Part shown: in pieces, positions 11,889-23,956 of the stretch
How the letters are laid out: each line of letters starts with the position of its first letter
Position numbering within the stretch: the first letter of the stretch is position 1
Assembly: GCA_964035545.1 (NCBI GenBank)
Contig: OZ037767.1
Location: forward strand, 9,124,581-9,188,580
Length of the DNA: 64,000 bases
DNA from: Bugula neritina
Taxonomy: Eukaryota; Animalia; Bryozoa
Direction: 5' to 3'
The notes under the pieces: generated by a model
The model's database searches: none
What the model saw: the letters and a program-made list of their open reading frames with translations, nothing else
Told to the model about the DNA's origin: nothing
Made by a program: the position numbers and the translations under genes

Positions 11889-14800
11889 TTACAGGGGAGC
11901 AAAGATTCTCTGTAAAGCTGGACTGAGGGAAGTAAACTCGGTGCTAGAAGAGAATGTACAACGGGCCAGTTTGCTAGAGCGCAGTGGTGTTACATAAGAA
12001 GGTATATGCTGGTTTTCAAGTGAATGGAGTACTGGAGATGATGAGAAAGGTGAATGAAATACTGCAGAACTGATGGCTCCAACCGCAGGGCCTGTAATTT
12101 GGTGACACGGGTTACACCAATGACTATACTGCTCAAAACTGCTAGCACTGTGCTGATTGGCTGGTCGAGTTCTCTTGCTAGGGAAGTGTGAAAACGCATC
12201 GTCTTTAAGATGACGTTTCAAACTGTGCTGTGCAAATCGTCCAGGGGCGGAGTTAGGAAGGATGTTTTCAGCTAGCGTTTCAAGTGGTGTACCACACCAG
12301 GGCTTAACATTTGTGTTCTTTGAATTCAAACTAAAAATAGGACGATTTTCTATTCTGGGATACAGGGGCGTAGCAAAAACATCGGAGAAAGAACCTGAAT
12401 ACAAATCTTCCTTGTCAGTCTCCATGGTGGGAGTGCATACCACTTGGTCATGTGACAGTGACTCATAGTGTTCAGGTGTCTCTGTATTAGTGAAGTGCTT
12501 CAAAACCCAAGTGGCTGTCTTGAACATCGAGTCTGCAAGTAACATGAGGTCTGGTTTGCCACAATCCTCTTCATCAGGAGCGGAGTAGTCTTTGATGGTG
12601 CTAGGGAGGCGGTCACCACTTTTATTTGGTAGGTTGTGCAAAATCTCAAACGATTTATTTTTCGAGAGGCTTTGGGAAACTTGTCTCTTTTTAACTTTCC
12701 TACAAGTTTGTAAAAGATTACACAATACATTTGCCAACACTTTATTTATATTCTTACATGAGAAAACTTTTAACATTTGAAGGAATACAACTAGTCTAAA
12801 GGCATCCTAGTTTTACACTGCTTAAGAAAAAAAATGTGTGTTTAAACAGCTGTCTCTTAGTGGGTGCAGGCAGATGATATGCTCGAAGGTTATGAGTGTA
12901 TTTAGCATATCATAAAAAGAATTTGGTTAACACTGCCCTATGATACTTAAGAATTCTCAAACTCTGTTGTCAAGCACTATCCATGACCTGCGTAAAATAG
13001 CTAAGCTGTTCTAGAATGCATAAAGTTGGTTTACAAAACTAAGTATTGAGAACATATTGACACCTTCAATGGTTATTGGTGTGCATGGTTTGTGACATTG
13101 CAGGATTACATATCCATCCTTTGATTAGTCAGCTGTTATATAGAGAGAGAATAGGTGAGAGAGTAGCAGCTTACTTGCTACCAACTAGTACACCTTCCTT
13201 GATACTGTGATTCTGGAGATCAGGGAGTTCCTGCCCCGACTCACAGAGCATAGCTGTGCCACTTGCTGCCTGACTTTCGCTGCCAACAGATAAGTAGGCA
13301 GGAGCTGGTCTGTCAGCAACACAATTCATTTGAAACCCTTCAGTATCCACACCTACAAGACAAACACCTAATCAATCAACATTTGTGTGAGCCTGTACCA
13401 AGGTATATATGTAAACTGTGATAAATGAACGACATAACAAAAGCTCAAATAAAATGATAAAATGACAAAATGTCAAATATTATGTATGTTAAGACACAAA
13501 ATTTTGCTTTTGTTGATTTTTTATTTTGTTTCAAAGTATTTTTGCGTGTTGAATTGCATAATGTAGTACTTTAAAACATGAAATAACACATGTGCTGAAT
13601 TACAGTATATTAAAAATTATATTATTAAAAAAGTCACCATTTCTGTACCCTAATCCCACAACACACAGCCTGTTTCACTAATATTTTAATGGGAAAAGAA
13701 GAACAAAAACAATGAGATTTGACTGAAATGAATTTTAGAATGCTTTAGCAGACAGTGGCATACTATGTAGAGAGCAATAATGAAACAGTAGGTAGTATGT
13801 TAGTTAAGGGAGTAGTGAAACAGTGGTACGCTAGGTATACTTCAAATAGTGCTCATCAAAGATCTAGTACCTTTATTAAGGTTGTTGGTAAATAGAAACC
13901 AGCGTATAAGTTTGGTTAGAGAATCAGTTACTTTATCCCATGACTCAAACTCCACCTTGGCCTTGTCTGGCTCCAGACTCCCATCAAACAGCTTGCTGTC
14001 ATACCTGAGGTTTATCACATAGAAGTAGTGCGCACGCTGTCGCACTACTTTCTCATTGCCTACAAGGATAGAGAATATATGAACACTGCTATACAGTACA
14101 ACAAACCATTGTGGTAGCAAACTGTGTCCATGAAAGGTTGATGCAACAATTACAAGTCTCTTCAATAAAGAAATATGCATATTACACAAGCTCTCAGGCA
14201 ATGGAACACTTCAACTTCTATTTTCAAAGGTTTATAACCCAACATGCTGTAAACAGCTCAGATGGCATACAGTGTTCCCTCTGTATCTCACTAAGCTGCA
14301 GGTCCCGAAACCTAAATTAATGACATAGTAGAATATCATTAACTCCCCGATTCGTTAAATTCAGCCATTTTATTCCTGTACACACATACATAAACTTCAA
14401 AACAAGAGTCCAAGCCCTCGTCGTGACTAGTGGAATTTTGTGAGAAAGGGATTCATGAGCTACAGAGGGAGCGCTGTATTGGTAATATTACTTATAATCA
14501 TTACTATTAGCAAACCTGGAGTTGTCCTCTTTTGGCTCTGGTCATCTGGTATTTTAATGAGAGACTTTTTCAGTTCTCTTTCTATTACTTGGTAAAACCG
14601 GTTGGTCCTGAGAATATTCTTGTTGAGTGACACCACTCTGAGTTTACTGCTGCTGTACGCCTCACTGCTTATAAACCCTTCAACCTGTAGCTGATCGTGA
14701 GTTCCAGCTATTGGCTTCAGCTTACTCCCATATGAGTTACCATACATTGCCTGCACAGCTTCTGTTAATGTACATAAAATTCAATATTATTTAGACAAAC

Positions 14801-17765
14801 AGTCAGAATATAAAAGCTTGTATTGCATCCATAAGATCTACCAATCTGCACTCAAAAAGAACTTTCAACGTCTAGTCATTGCCAGCAAATTGACATGACA
14901 ATAAAGTCAGAAAAGCTGGCATAACAATCAACAGGAGAAATAGAATTAAAGGAGAATACTATTAGATATAAAAAATACACCCATTAATAGCTCAAGTCAA
15001 ACTTCAGACTACAAGTTTGTAGTCTGAAAAAATACTTTTAAAAATCAATATTCAAATACAACACTTTTGTGTAAAGAACTGTAAAATTTATAGCTTTATT
15101 TACTGTATTTTGTAGCAACTGCATCTGTGAAGGCAGCCCAGAATTAGGTAAATTTTATATAATATATTTTCTGAATTTCCAGGAAATATACATATGAGGA
15201 ATTATCTAAATAAACAAGAAGAACTTTCCAACTGCAAAAACTTCAATAGTGAAAGCATTTCTTCATTTATTTTGCATGATTTTATTAACAGCAGGTTTGC
15301 ACTTGCAAACTAATGTAACTTTTACATATTATATAGAGCGTAGAGAATAGCACAGGTATGATACTGAGCGGGCATTATATGTTGAGCGTTATGAGCTGTT
15401 TAACCAAGTCATTAAAGGACAAGTGATACAATTGCTAGAAAAAAATTTTCTTTTCTAAATGACAAACTATTGATATATTGATGCACATATTGATTGATTA
15501 ATATACCTTTTGATGACTTTGTGAAACTCGGTTGTACTTACGGACTGGGAGACTAGCATTCTAGCCAAGCATTTTGCAGGTTTATTTATATCATAGTGTG
15601 AATTATTTATATCATGGCTTGAACTAAACATTTTATGTGTTGTGCTGTCAAGACTTTTTATGAATTTCCCACTAGCATTAAAAATGCAAACACTTCGAAA
15701 ATAACAATAAATATATACAGGACCTCTTCTTGGGGTGCTATCTACATGTTAACCTTCAAGTTTAGTTACATTTAAAATAATTACAATTTTAGTAGTTATA
15801 TTGCTGTAATACTTTGGAAGCACATTTAAATAAAACATCTGCAAGAAAACTATAATTATGCTGATTGATAGGCCTTAATTTCAGAAACTAAGTTACAACG
15901 GCACTGGTTTACACTTTCAGATTGGATGTCTACAACTATCACTCAAACCTTTCATGCTTTTTACCCTTCCTGTGTTCAGTATGATTTGACCACTACGAGC
16001 GTCTCTACACGAGAAAGAGGCTTGTGAACAGTGCACTATAGCCAAGCACTTCAGCTTCAAGAGCACACTATCTATGGTCCTACTACCAGTCTTGAAGTCC
16101 TTCTTAACTGGGTTCTGGTCAAACAGCTTGGTGACTGTAACAGTAGTCCCGGAACTGGGCCGAGGCTCATCGTGTTTCTTCAGACTCCCTACAAGCACAG
16201 GACTCAATTAATAAAACCACAATACAACAAAATAAAATTAGAAAAATCAGGCAATAAATTGCTGTGTTGCATGCTGTAATCTTATTGCTAGCTAACTTTT
16301 AATGAAATTTTTCTTGCTATAATGGGGGTCCATCACTGTTAATGGAAAATGCTGTTTCATATGACAGCACAATATAAAAATATTTGTGACTATTCTTGAA
16401 TCCCTAATTAGCTAATAGTTTGGTAACTTTACTGCTATAAATTGTAAAGTGCTGTTTGCTAGCAATATTGATAGAGGCAAATAATTAGGGGATTTGATTT
16501 TTGTTGTTATTTGTAAATTGTAGGTGTCATTAATGGGGTACAGCACTATGCAACATTTGTAACCCACATTAATGACCCTCAAAAGACTCCTATAGTGGGC
16601 ATTCCACTTGACTGTCATAAAACACAATTTGTATATGCATGTTGAAAGACACAAAATAATTAAGGTAAGCAAAGTCAGTGAACACTATATACAGAAAAAC
16701 CTATACTCACAACTGTTATTTTCACATGTTTTACACCAAACATCATTATTTTCATCATCTTCACATCTACTTATGATCTGCAACTGTTTACAAAGAAAAG
16801 CGATACTGGCTAATGCTTCCCCTCTGTAACCATGGCAACCTCGTCTCCTTTTAGTTGAAGAGAATGATTTACTTGAGGTGTATCTGTTGGCAAATGAAAA
16901 TCCCCCAACAAATATATACAACAAAGGTGACACTTTTATTTTTCAAAACAGGTAAAGTATTTTTTTTCAATTTTTTTTTCACTTAAAATAAACTTTTGAA
17001 CACTGTGATCAGGCTTATATAACATCAAAATCTTGATGAAATTACTTCAACACAATTCTTATGCCAGCTTATACTCTTACATATATACTAGATCTGCAAA
17101 TGATACAACATACTTTGAACTATCATCTATAATAAGAAGTATTATTTGAGTGATCTATTCAATAGTTTTGCTCAAGTATTTCATTGTTTTTTTGTTTATC
17201 ATCAGAGCACAACTGAAAACTAGTATGACTTTAAACACATCACACAAAATGACCAGGGTAAATTCATAGTAAACTATATAAACACGGAAGACTAGCATAA
17301 ATCTTGTAGGTAAAAGTTTTAAAGCTTCATTTAAAAGTGACATATCATTATTTGAATAGATGCTACTTCTAGCAGGTTGAGACACATGCATGCATATTGC
17401 TAGCCTTGTCTTATAAGTTACAACTTTTTACACAATATACTTTACCTGCAATCGCAATTGACACCAAAATGCATTTCAGCTAATATATTACATTTTTAAT
17501 ATACATACAATTATTTTGTATTGATTTACCTTTCCCCTACTAATTTCATTGATTTGCTACTGATACCAGAACCATTGTCAACAACCTGGATATAGCCAGT
17601 ACTTGCATTGACTCTTACAGCTATACATGTGGCTGCAGAATCTAGAGCATTTAGTACAAGTTCCTCGACACACTGCTCAAAGCTTGTGATAGATATTGAT
17701 GATCTTATTTTAGATTGTACTGCCTGTGAACTCTTTTGTATAACTTGTTTCTTGGAATCTGCCAT
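11889..17765 (-). CDS. MLH3: DNA mismatch repair protein MLH3-like (GHKL ATPase + transducer + linker; C-terminal endonuclease domain not found)
   Basis: Exons 17765-17530, 16883-16711, 16188-15949, 14761-14516, 14059-13871, 13352-13175, 12699-11889 splice in frame; motifs QCVEELVLNALD, AVRVN...QVVDNGSG, GYRGEALASI, SGTTVTVTKLF, LEPDKAKVEFESWD match the MLH3 N-terminus. Confidence 0.85.
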
Positions 17766-17969
17766 CTAAATTTAAAAATAGACTGTATTAGTTGAGCACT
17801 ATTAAAAGTTCTTGCTGTTGACCTCTATTCCATTATATATACTTATATATTTTATAAAACAGTATTTCTTCACTTCAACTTTGAACCATTCTGTGGATTA
17901 AAGTTATCAAATCAGTAAACCAAAATAAAAATAATCATATAAAAAAAATTCCTAAAATATTTCACAGAT

Positions 17970-17972
<3 letters not shown>

Positions 17973-18006
<34 letters not shown>
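17973..18006. repeat. (GA)n microsatellite
   Basis: GA run. Confidence 0.95.
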
Positions 18007-18009
<3 letters not shown>

Positions 18010-18929
18010 TGGCAGCCATGGTACAAAATAATATAGTAGTTGAAAGCATAATCATAGTAATAATGGATACAAAGTCTAATGTAAATTCATAATCAATGTG
18101 AATAGCCTAGGACTAGAAACAAGGATAAATTTCACACTGATAGTGATACTGAGAGTTAGTGATACTTATACTTAGAGGTATACTCACACTCACTGCCACT
18201 GTAAAAGAGTTTTAGAAATCGAAGACAAACGAAGTAAGCCTCAATCAGCACTTCTGGTAATAGTTTTTGTTCAAAATACAAATAGCTAACATTTATATAA
18301 ATTTTAAATAAAAATATTTAACTTTAATTGTTGGTCAGTATGACAACGAGTGTAAGTCGATTAGTCACGTACTGCTAGACTTACCTTTAGGATTGAAAAA
18401 TTTGCATTACAGGCAATTACATTTAATAGATATAACTATAACTATAAGTCATACAAGTAGTTGTAAAACCAACATGCAATGTCAATTTAAATCTGCTGCT
18501 AGTGCTAAGCGCTATACCATACTGATAGTGATACTGAATGCAGATAGTTGTTCAAACATAATACTTTAATATAGTAAAACTAATAACTAAATAACTTAAT
18601 AAGTAATATTAATAATTAATATTGCATTTATAATATAGTTATACTTATTTACTTACATTTATACTTATTAGTATCAATATAAATCTACGACTATATTACT
18701 ATTAGTATTACTATCACTATTACTATCGGTATCAAGCCATACTTGGGAGTATCACTATCAGATTTTCAAACTCAAAGTCAATGGTCGTCTGTCAAACTCA
18801 ATGTGAATCGGAATGAGAATGCCTACGGCTACTGCATTAGACTACTGTATTAGTATTACCATTACTATTATTATTCATGTTAACTTTAAGCTTGGTGAAC
18901 ACATTAACAAGTGCTGACGCTTAAAAAAA

Positions 18930-19420
18930 ATTAATAATCGCAGCTACTAGTGCGGTAGCAATTACCAAGCTAATGCCATTTAGAGCTGGAGAGCTTTATG
19001 CAAGGCTTTCTGCATAATTATAGCGTTTCATGCGCCGTTGTGAGACTTCGGCTATTTATATAGCGCGCAATAGATTAAATTGTACAGCAGTAGGACGTAA
19101 TAAAAGTATTTGAGAATAATGTTGTAGAATGTAGACTATAGTAGCTCAAAAACCTCAAGCCGCTGCACTTAGTCACCCCCAACTCGAAATTTTGAGTTCA
19201 GTGCTACTGACGAAGGTGACGGCGATAACCCCAAAGGCCCAAGAGTAGTGGGCGTGGTTTTACGCCCTTTAACCCTATGCGTTAGATAAGTCTACAGGTC
19301 GTTTAAAATGGCTTGGCAGTCTCAGTCTGTAAAACACTGTCTTGAGTTAGTTTTAGTTTGAGCTTGAGCTTAGACTATAATTATTTATAGCGTTTAACTG
19401 CAAAGGTAAAATACCTAGGT
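18930..19420. promoter_or_regulatory. Putative bidirectional promoter region MLH3 (-) / TMEM229B (+)
   Basis: Locally GC/CpG-enriched island between divergent genes; candidate non-coding exon donors aag|gtaaaa at ~19405 (+) and ttg|gtaatt ~18966 / aag|gtaagt ~18384 (-); MLH3 ATG lies directly after an acceptor AG, implying an upstream UTR exon. Confidence 0.5.
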
Positions 19421-20329
19421 GGCCCTGCTTTAGGCTTACATTTAAATTTGATCATAATCATAATGGTAGCTCATCTTAGACTTAGTTTTACAATTAATAT
19501 TATATATTTAATTTCATATTCATATTGATATTGATAATGATATTGAAATCCATAATGAATTTGAAATTAATATTTTATATATAATAACAATATAATATTT
19601 ATAGTCATAGTCATAATGATATAATATTATAAATATTATATTTTATATAATATTGCATTTTAATTTTTATTAAAATGATAAATTTCTTCCAAACTAGTTC
19701 TAGCTTTGTAATTGAAGTATTATATTTATTGGTATAAATATTATTATTGATGCATAAAATGATAAATGGTTAATTCATTTCAGCATTCTGAGAATCCTAA
19801 ACCGAAGTTGTATTGTGAAAGTCTTATTTAAAAAGGTTGTGCCCAAAATGGGCGACCACCGGAGGCTGATGGTCTTGCACCTGTTTTTGTGTTGGTGAAC
19901 AGTTATTTTGCTTTAGTGATTTTGATACCCGAAGTTTAAGTTTTAGCTTAAAAGGATGAAGGAAGTTCTTGGGTTTGTTTTACTGCCACAACAATACAAT
20001 TCAAGTGTACTATAATGTGAACGTGATGTGTTGTAGTTGTAATAAAATACTCAGCCTATATAATAATTGTTTGGTATGATTGGCCACAGGGTAAACAATA
20101 TTGTTTGCCTGTGTGTGCGTGTGTACAACAACATATTCACTGCTTCAAAATGGTAAATTGTAAACTAAAAAAGGGTACTATAACATTTTAACATTATTGC
20201 ACATAGTTCTGCAACCATGATGAAGGCTTGCGTGACGCCATTGTACATATATTGTGTTCTCATACTGTAATTGTTTGATTGGAACTGGACTGGTGATTCT
20301 GGTGATTCTTTGATATAGAAGTTTGATGT

Positions 20330-20560
20330 CTTCTATGGAAATATCTTTACCATTCTGTGCAGCATATGATTTGTCACTCAACCAACATTCATCATCACTT
20401 TCTTGTTACTTGCACCTATATTTGGTGAGATCTTGAACCAGGACTGGTTTTTCATGTTTAAGAAGTGGTAGATTTTGTGCTGACTTATTGTACTGTGGCT
20501 GAATTTCTTGTTTTTTAGCTTTAATTTATCTTTATTGGATAGTCTCTATGTTGAATGACT
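20330..20560 (-). mobile_element. Degenerate Ty3/gypsy-type integrase C-terminal remnant
   Basis: Minus-strand translation QYNKSAQNLPLLKHEKPVLVQD...LSDKSY...RRH resembles the Y(N/D)xxAxxLPxL..G..VxV / SYxV / RRH tail of gypsy pol; interrupted by stops. Confidence 0.5.
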
Positions 20561-20999
20561 GGAATGTAAATAGATTAATTAGTCATGCAATGTATTTCAG
20601 GGTTTTTTTAATTAAGACACATATAAAGGAAGGATTGCGGTAAACAGAAAATGGGCTGCAAAAGATAATATGTGAAATTCCTAAATACATATAGCACATA
20701 ACTTCAAAGTAGCAGCATAAATGAGATTGATATTCACTACATTCAATATTCCCACGTAGTTCAGTTATGATACAAAGCAAAAGTAAAAACTAAACTAAAA
20801 CTGAAGACAGACAAAAGGACCTGTGTAACAAAACATGTAAAGTTAAATCAAATTTTTAGCTTGTTTATTCACATAACACCTAACATGAACAGACAAAAAG
20901 AACTATGTAATAGTGCATGTGAAATAGATGTGTGATATATAAAGCATACACAAATTTGGCTAATTTTTCTTACAGTTGCATAGCATGTTGAATAGTGTC

Positions 21000-22720
21000 T
21001 GCAATTTATTTCGACTGAGAGGTTTTGTAAAAATGTCAGCGAGCATAGTTTCTATAGGTCAATGTCCTGTCACAATGTGTCGCTTTTGCACTTCTTGTCG
21101 AATGTAGTAGGCTTTAACATCAAAGTGCTTGCTCCTTTTGTTAACATTTTTATTACTTGTTATACTAATGGCAGATTGTTTGTCAATGCAGAGTTTTATT
21201 CGATATCCTTTAGACCTCAGCCAACCACCACTCAGGTGCTTTCTCATCAAATTTTTCGCTGGCCTCACTTGGTACATGAGTGTAAGCCAAAGGACTAAAT
21301 ACCTTCAAGTTAATTGAATCAGGTTTTGGTATGGAGTTATGTCCTCATTACAGCGTTCTTTTGTTGAGGCACCATTTCTAACATATACAGCTGTTGATGC
21401 AGCTTTTACCCAAAAAAATTATTGGCAATCATGGATTTAGGACTAGTGCTCTTACTAACTCACATGTTGTATAGTTGTATTTTTCTGACATTCACTTCTG
21501 TTGTGGAAATACCATCCTTATAGCGGATGCAGAGTACATTGTGCACAAAAATTTTGTTGAAACTATTTGATGTACATTATATTCCCATTCTCTATTGGTT
21601 CGAAGGGTTTTCACAATTTTGGTGATTTCAAAAGCATAAAATCATGAAAAAGATTAAAGGCATCAGATTTCTCATTAACAAAATACACATAAGAAAACCT
21701 ACTTGATCTGTCCAAGTTTCTTGGGCCAAACTGTGTAGCATGATGCTAGATTTGCTCTGTAATCTGATATACTTAGGTCTTAGAATTACAGTTTATTGAC
21801 AAGTTTTCTCAAAGCCTGCAGTTGGTTTTTGCTTGCTTTTCCTCCAGCATCTCAAGTAGCTAAACTGCACACTCATACCTTTACTTGCTGCAGATTGTAC
21901 TGAAAACAAGTTTTGTCATAAGTCGAATGCATGAAGTATTTTGTATAGTATAGTTTTCTTTGGGCGTGTTGACTAACAACTACTAAGTCTTGACATTACC
22001 ATAGCTAATGGCATCAACTACTTGACTATCAGCTATTGAGACTCTCTAGAGTCTAGTCGGTTAGATTTGGTATACGGGACAAAAATATCAGCAAGGGGAA
22101 ACATGACAGGCTGCCTCGGTGTATACCAGCTACTCATGATTTTACCTTATACAGGCTTTCTCCCACATCAAAAATACTCTGCTCAGCCTGTACTCTTGAC
22201 TAAAAGTATTTCCTGATTAGACTTACTTGCAAATCTACCTCCATGTTGTTATTGCCAACTACCACCATTTCTACTACAAAATTTGGATCCTCTTGTGTCC
22301 TAGGCAATGTCTAGCCAGGTGAATTACGATTATTGCATCTTTCTAGTTTTGGAGCATTTCTGCTTGACCTATGCTTATAAATACTATCAGCTGCAGTATA
22401 GTATCAGTGTTTTCCTATGCTTTCCCACTGCAGTTTTTATTGATACTACCCAGAGCTTGTAGGAACATTTTGTTCTTTCTCTTCATTAAGCAATGCACTT
22501 TAAGCAAATTCTAATGTCAATGTTTCCGGCTTCTGAATTTTTAGTGCAGTAACTACAGCTCCATATTTATTTGACATGCTGCCTAAAGGAGTAGCTACCT
22601 AATCGTTTTCACTCACTAAAGCTTTGATGGCTGTTAGTTTGTTGGCAATGTCTTTCAATATATTTTCCATGGTCTTCCACAAAGTTACCATTTTTCGTAA
22701 CTGCCCTAAAATATTTCTTC
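21000..22720 (-). mobile_element. Decayed, internally deleted Ty1/copia LTR retrotransposon (gag, protease, integrase, RNase H remnants)
   Basis: Minus-strand fragments: gag DIANKLTAIKALVSEND..LGSMSNKYGAVVTALK (~22540-22670); integrase VKTLRTN..EY, PQQK, FWVKAASTAVYVRN (~21380-21620); RNase H CIDKQSAISITSN..NKRSKHFDVKAYYIRQEV..MLADIFTK (~21025-21200); many stops and frameshifts. Confidence 0.85.
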
Positions 22721-23040
22721 TTTAAACATATCCTATTTGCTAAAAAGTTTCTCCCTTGCCTATTAGTCAACCTTACATTTTGTTATTAGATAAACAATTC
22801 ATCACTACACTAAGAACAAGATAATCCAATCACAGTATACTATGACTGTAATAAAGTATAAGCATATTTTTATGATTTTGTATTATTGCTTAAAGGGTAA
22901 ATTATGATATGGTGTCTTTGCACACAACACCTATTTTAGTCAAATCTTTCAATGACTACAATGAGCGCTGGAATAATTTTGTTTTGAATTTTAGTTTTTT
23001 TATAAACTTTTTCATGCTATTAAAGTTAATAATAATGAAT

Positions 23041-23043
<3 letters not shown>

Positions 23044-23082
<39 letters not shown>
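23044..23082. repeat. (TA)n microsatellite
   Basis: TA run. Confidence 0.95.
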
Positions 23083-23084
<2 letters not shown>

Positions 23085-23956
23085 CTGTTTGAAGCCCTAT
23101 ACACAAATAAATAACAATACAAGCAAAATATAATAAAAATAAAAGCATGTAGTAATTCCTAGAATAATGTTTATCTTTCTTTTCATAATGTTTTTACTAT
23201 TGGTTCTAATATTTAAATTTGTCTTTAGAAAGTGTTCATATGCTAGTATAAGATTAAGTTGATGCTAGTTGTAAAAACTAAAGCCGCCAGTGGGATTATT
23301 TCCAGTCTTTTTTATTTGTTTCTAACTAAACTAATAAATAAATAATGATACAAGCTGTTAGTGCTGATGTGATATATGCATATATATGTAAATATGTATA
23401 ATGTAGCATTTAATAAGTGGTCCAATAGTTTATTGTATTACAATAATCTTTACATCAAAGTTTGTTTTTTATTTAACTCATGTTTATCATACTACTTGAA
23501 TCAAGTGCTCTTGAAATATTATTTTTGCTAATTGTTTTTAATATAATATACAATAGTCAAATTACTACACTGATGTAACATTGCAATTAACAACGTCATA
23601 TCACATTTTTCAATATACAACCATAGATTCTGTGTATGTGGTATTGTACATTGTATTTGCAATTTATACAATTTGATTTGTTATATAAAACAGGTTATTT
23701 ACTGTGACTGGTTGACTAATGCTATCAGTAATACATTATTATTAGTTATAGGTTAGACTTAGTGTTATCAGGTGTGCATATAGTTTTTGCTGAGACCTTT
23801 TTAATGCTACAATGTAATTTTGAGCTTGAATATTTGCTTATATATAGTGATTGACCATTCAATTATTTGCTATATGAATTCTATAAATTACATGTTTCTT
23901 TAATAATTCTCCATAGTTGCTTCTCATTTTACAACTGAAAAGCTTGTGTCACCATC

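Noticed and set aside
11889-12776. 295-aa ORF as a stand-alone gene
   Set aside because: Has a phase-compatible acceptor at 12699 joining the MLH3 exon ending 13175; better explained as the MLH3 linker exon
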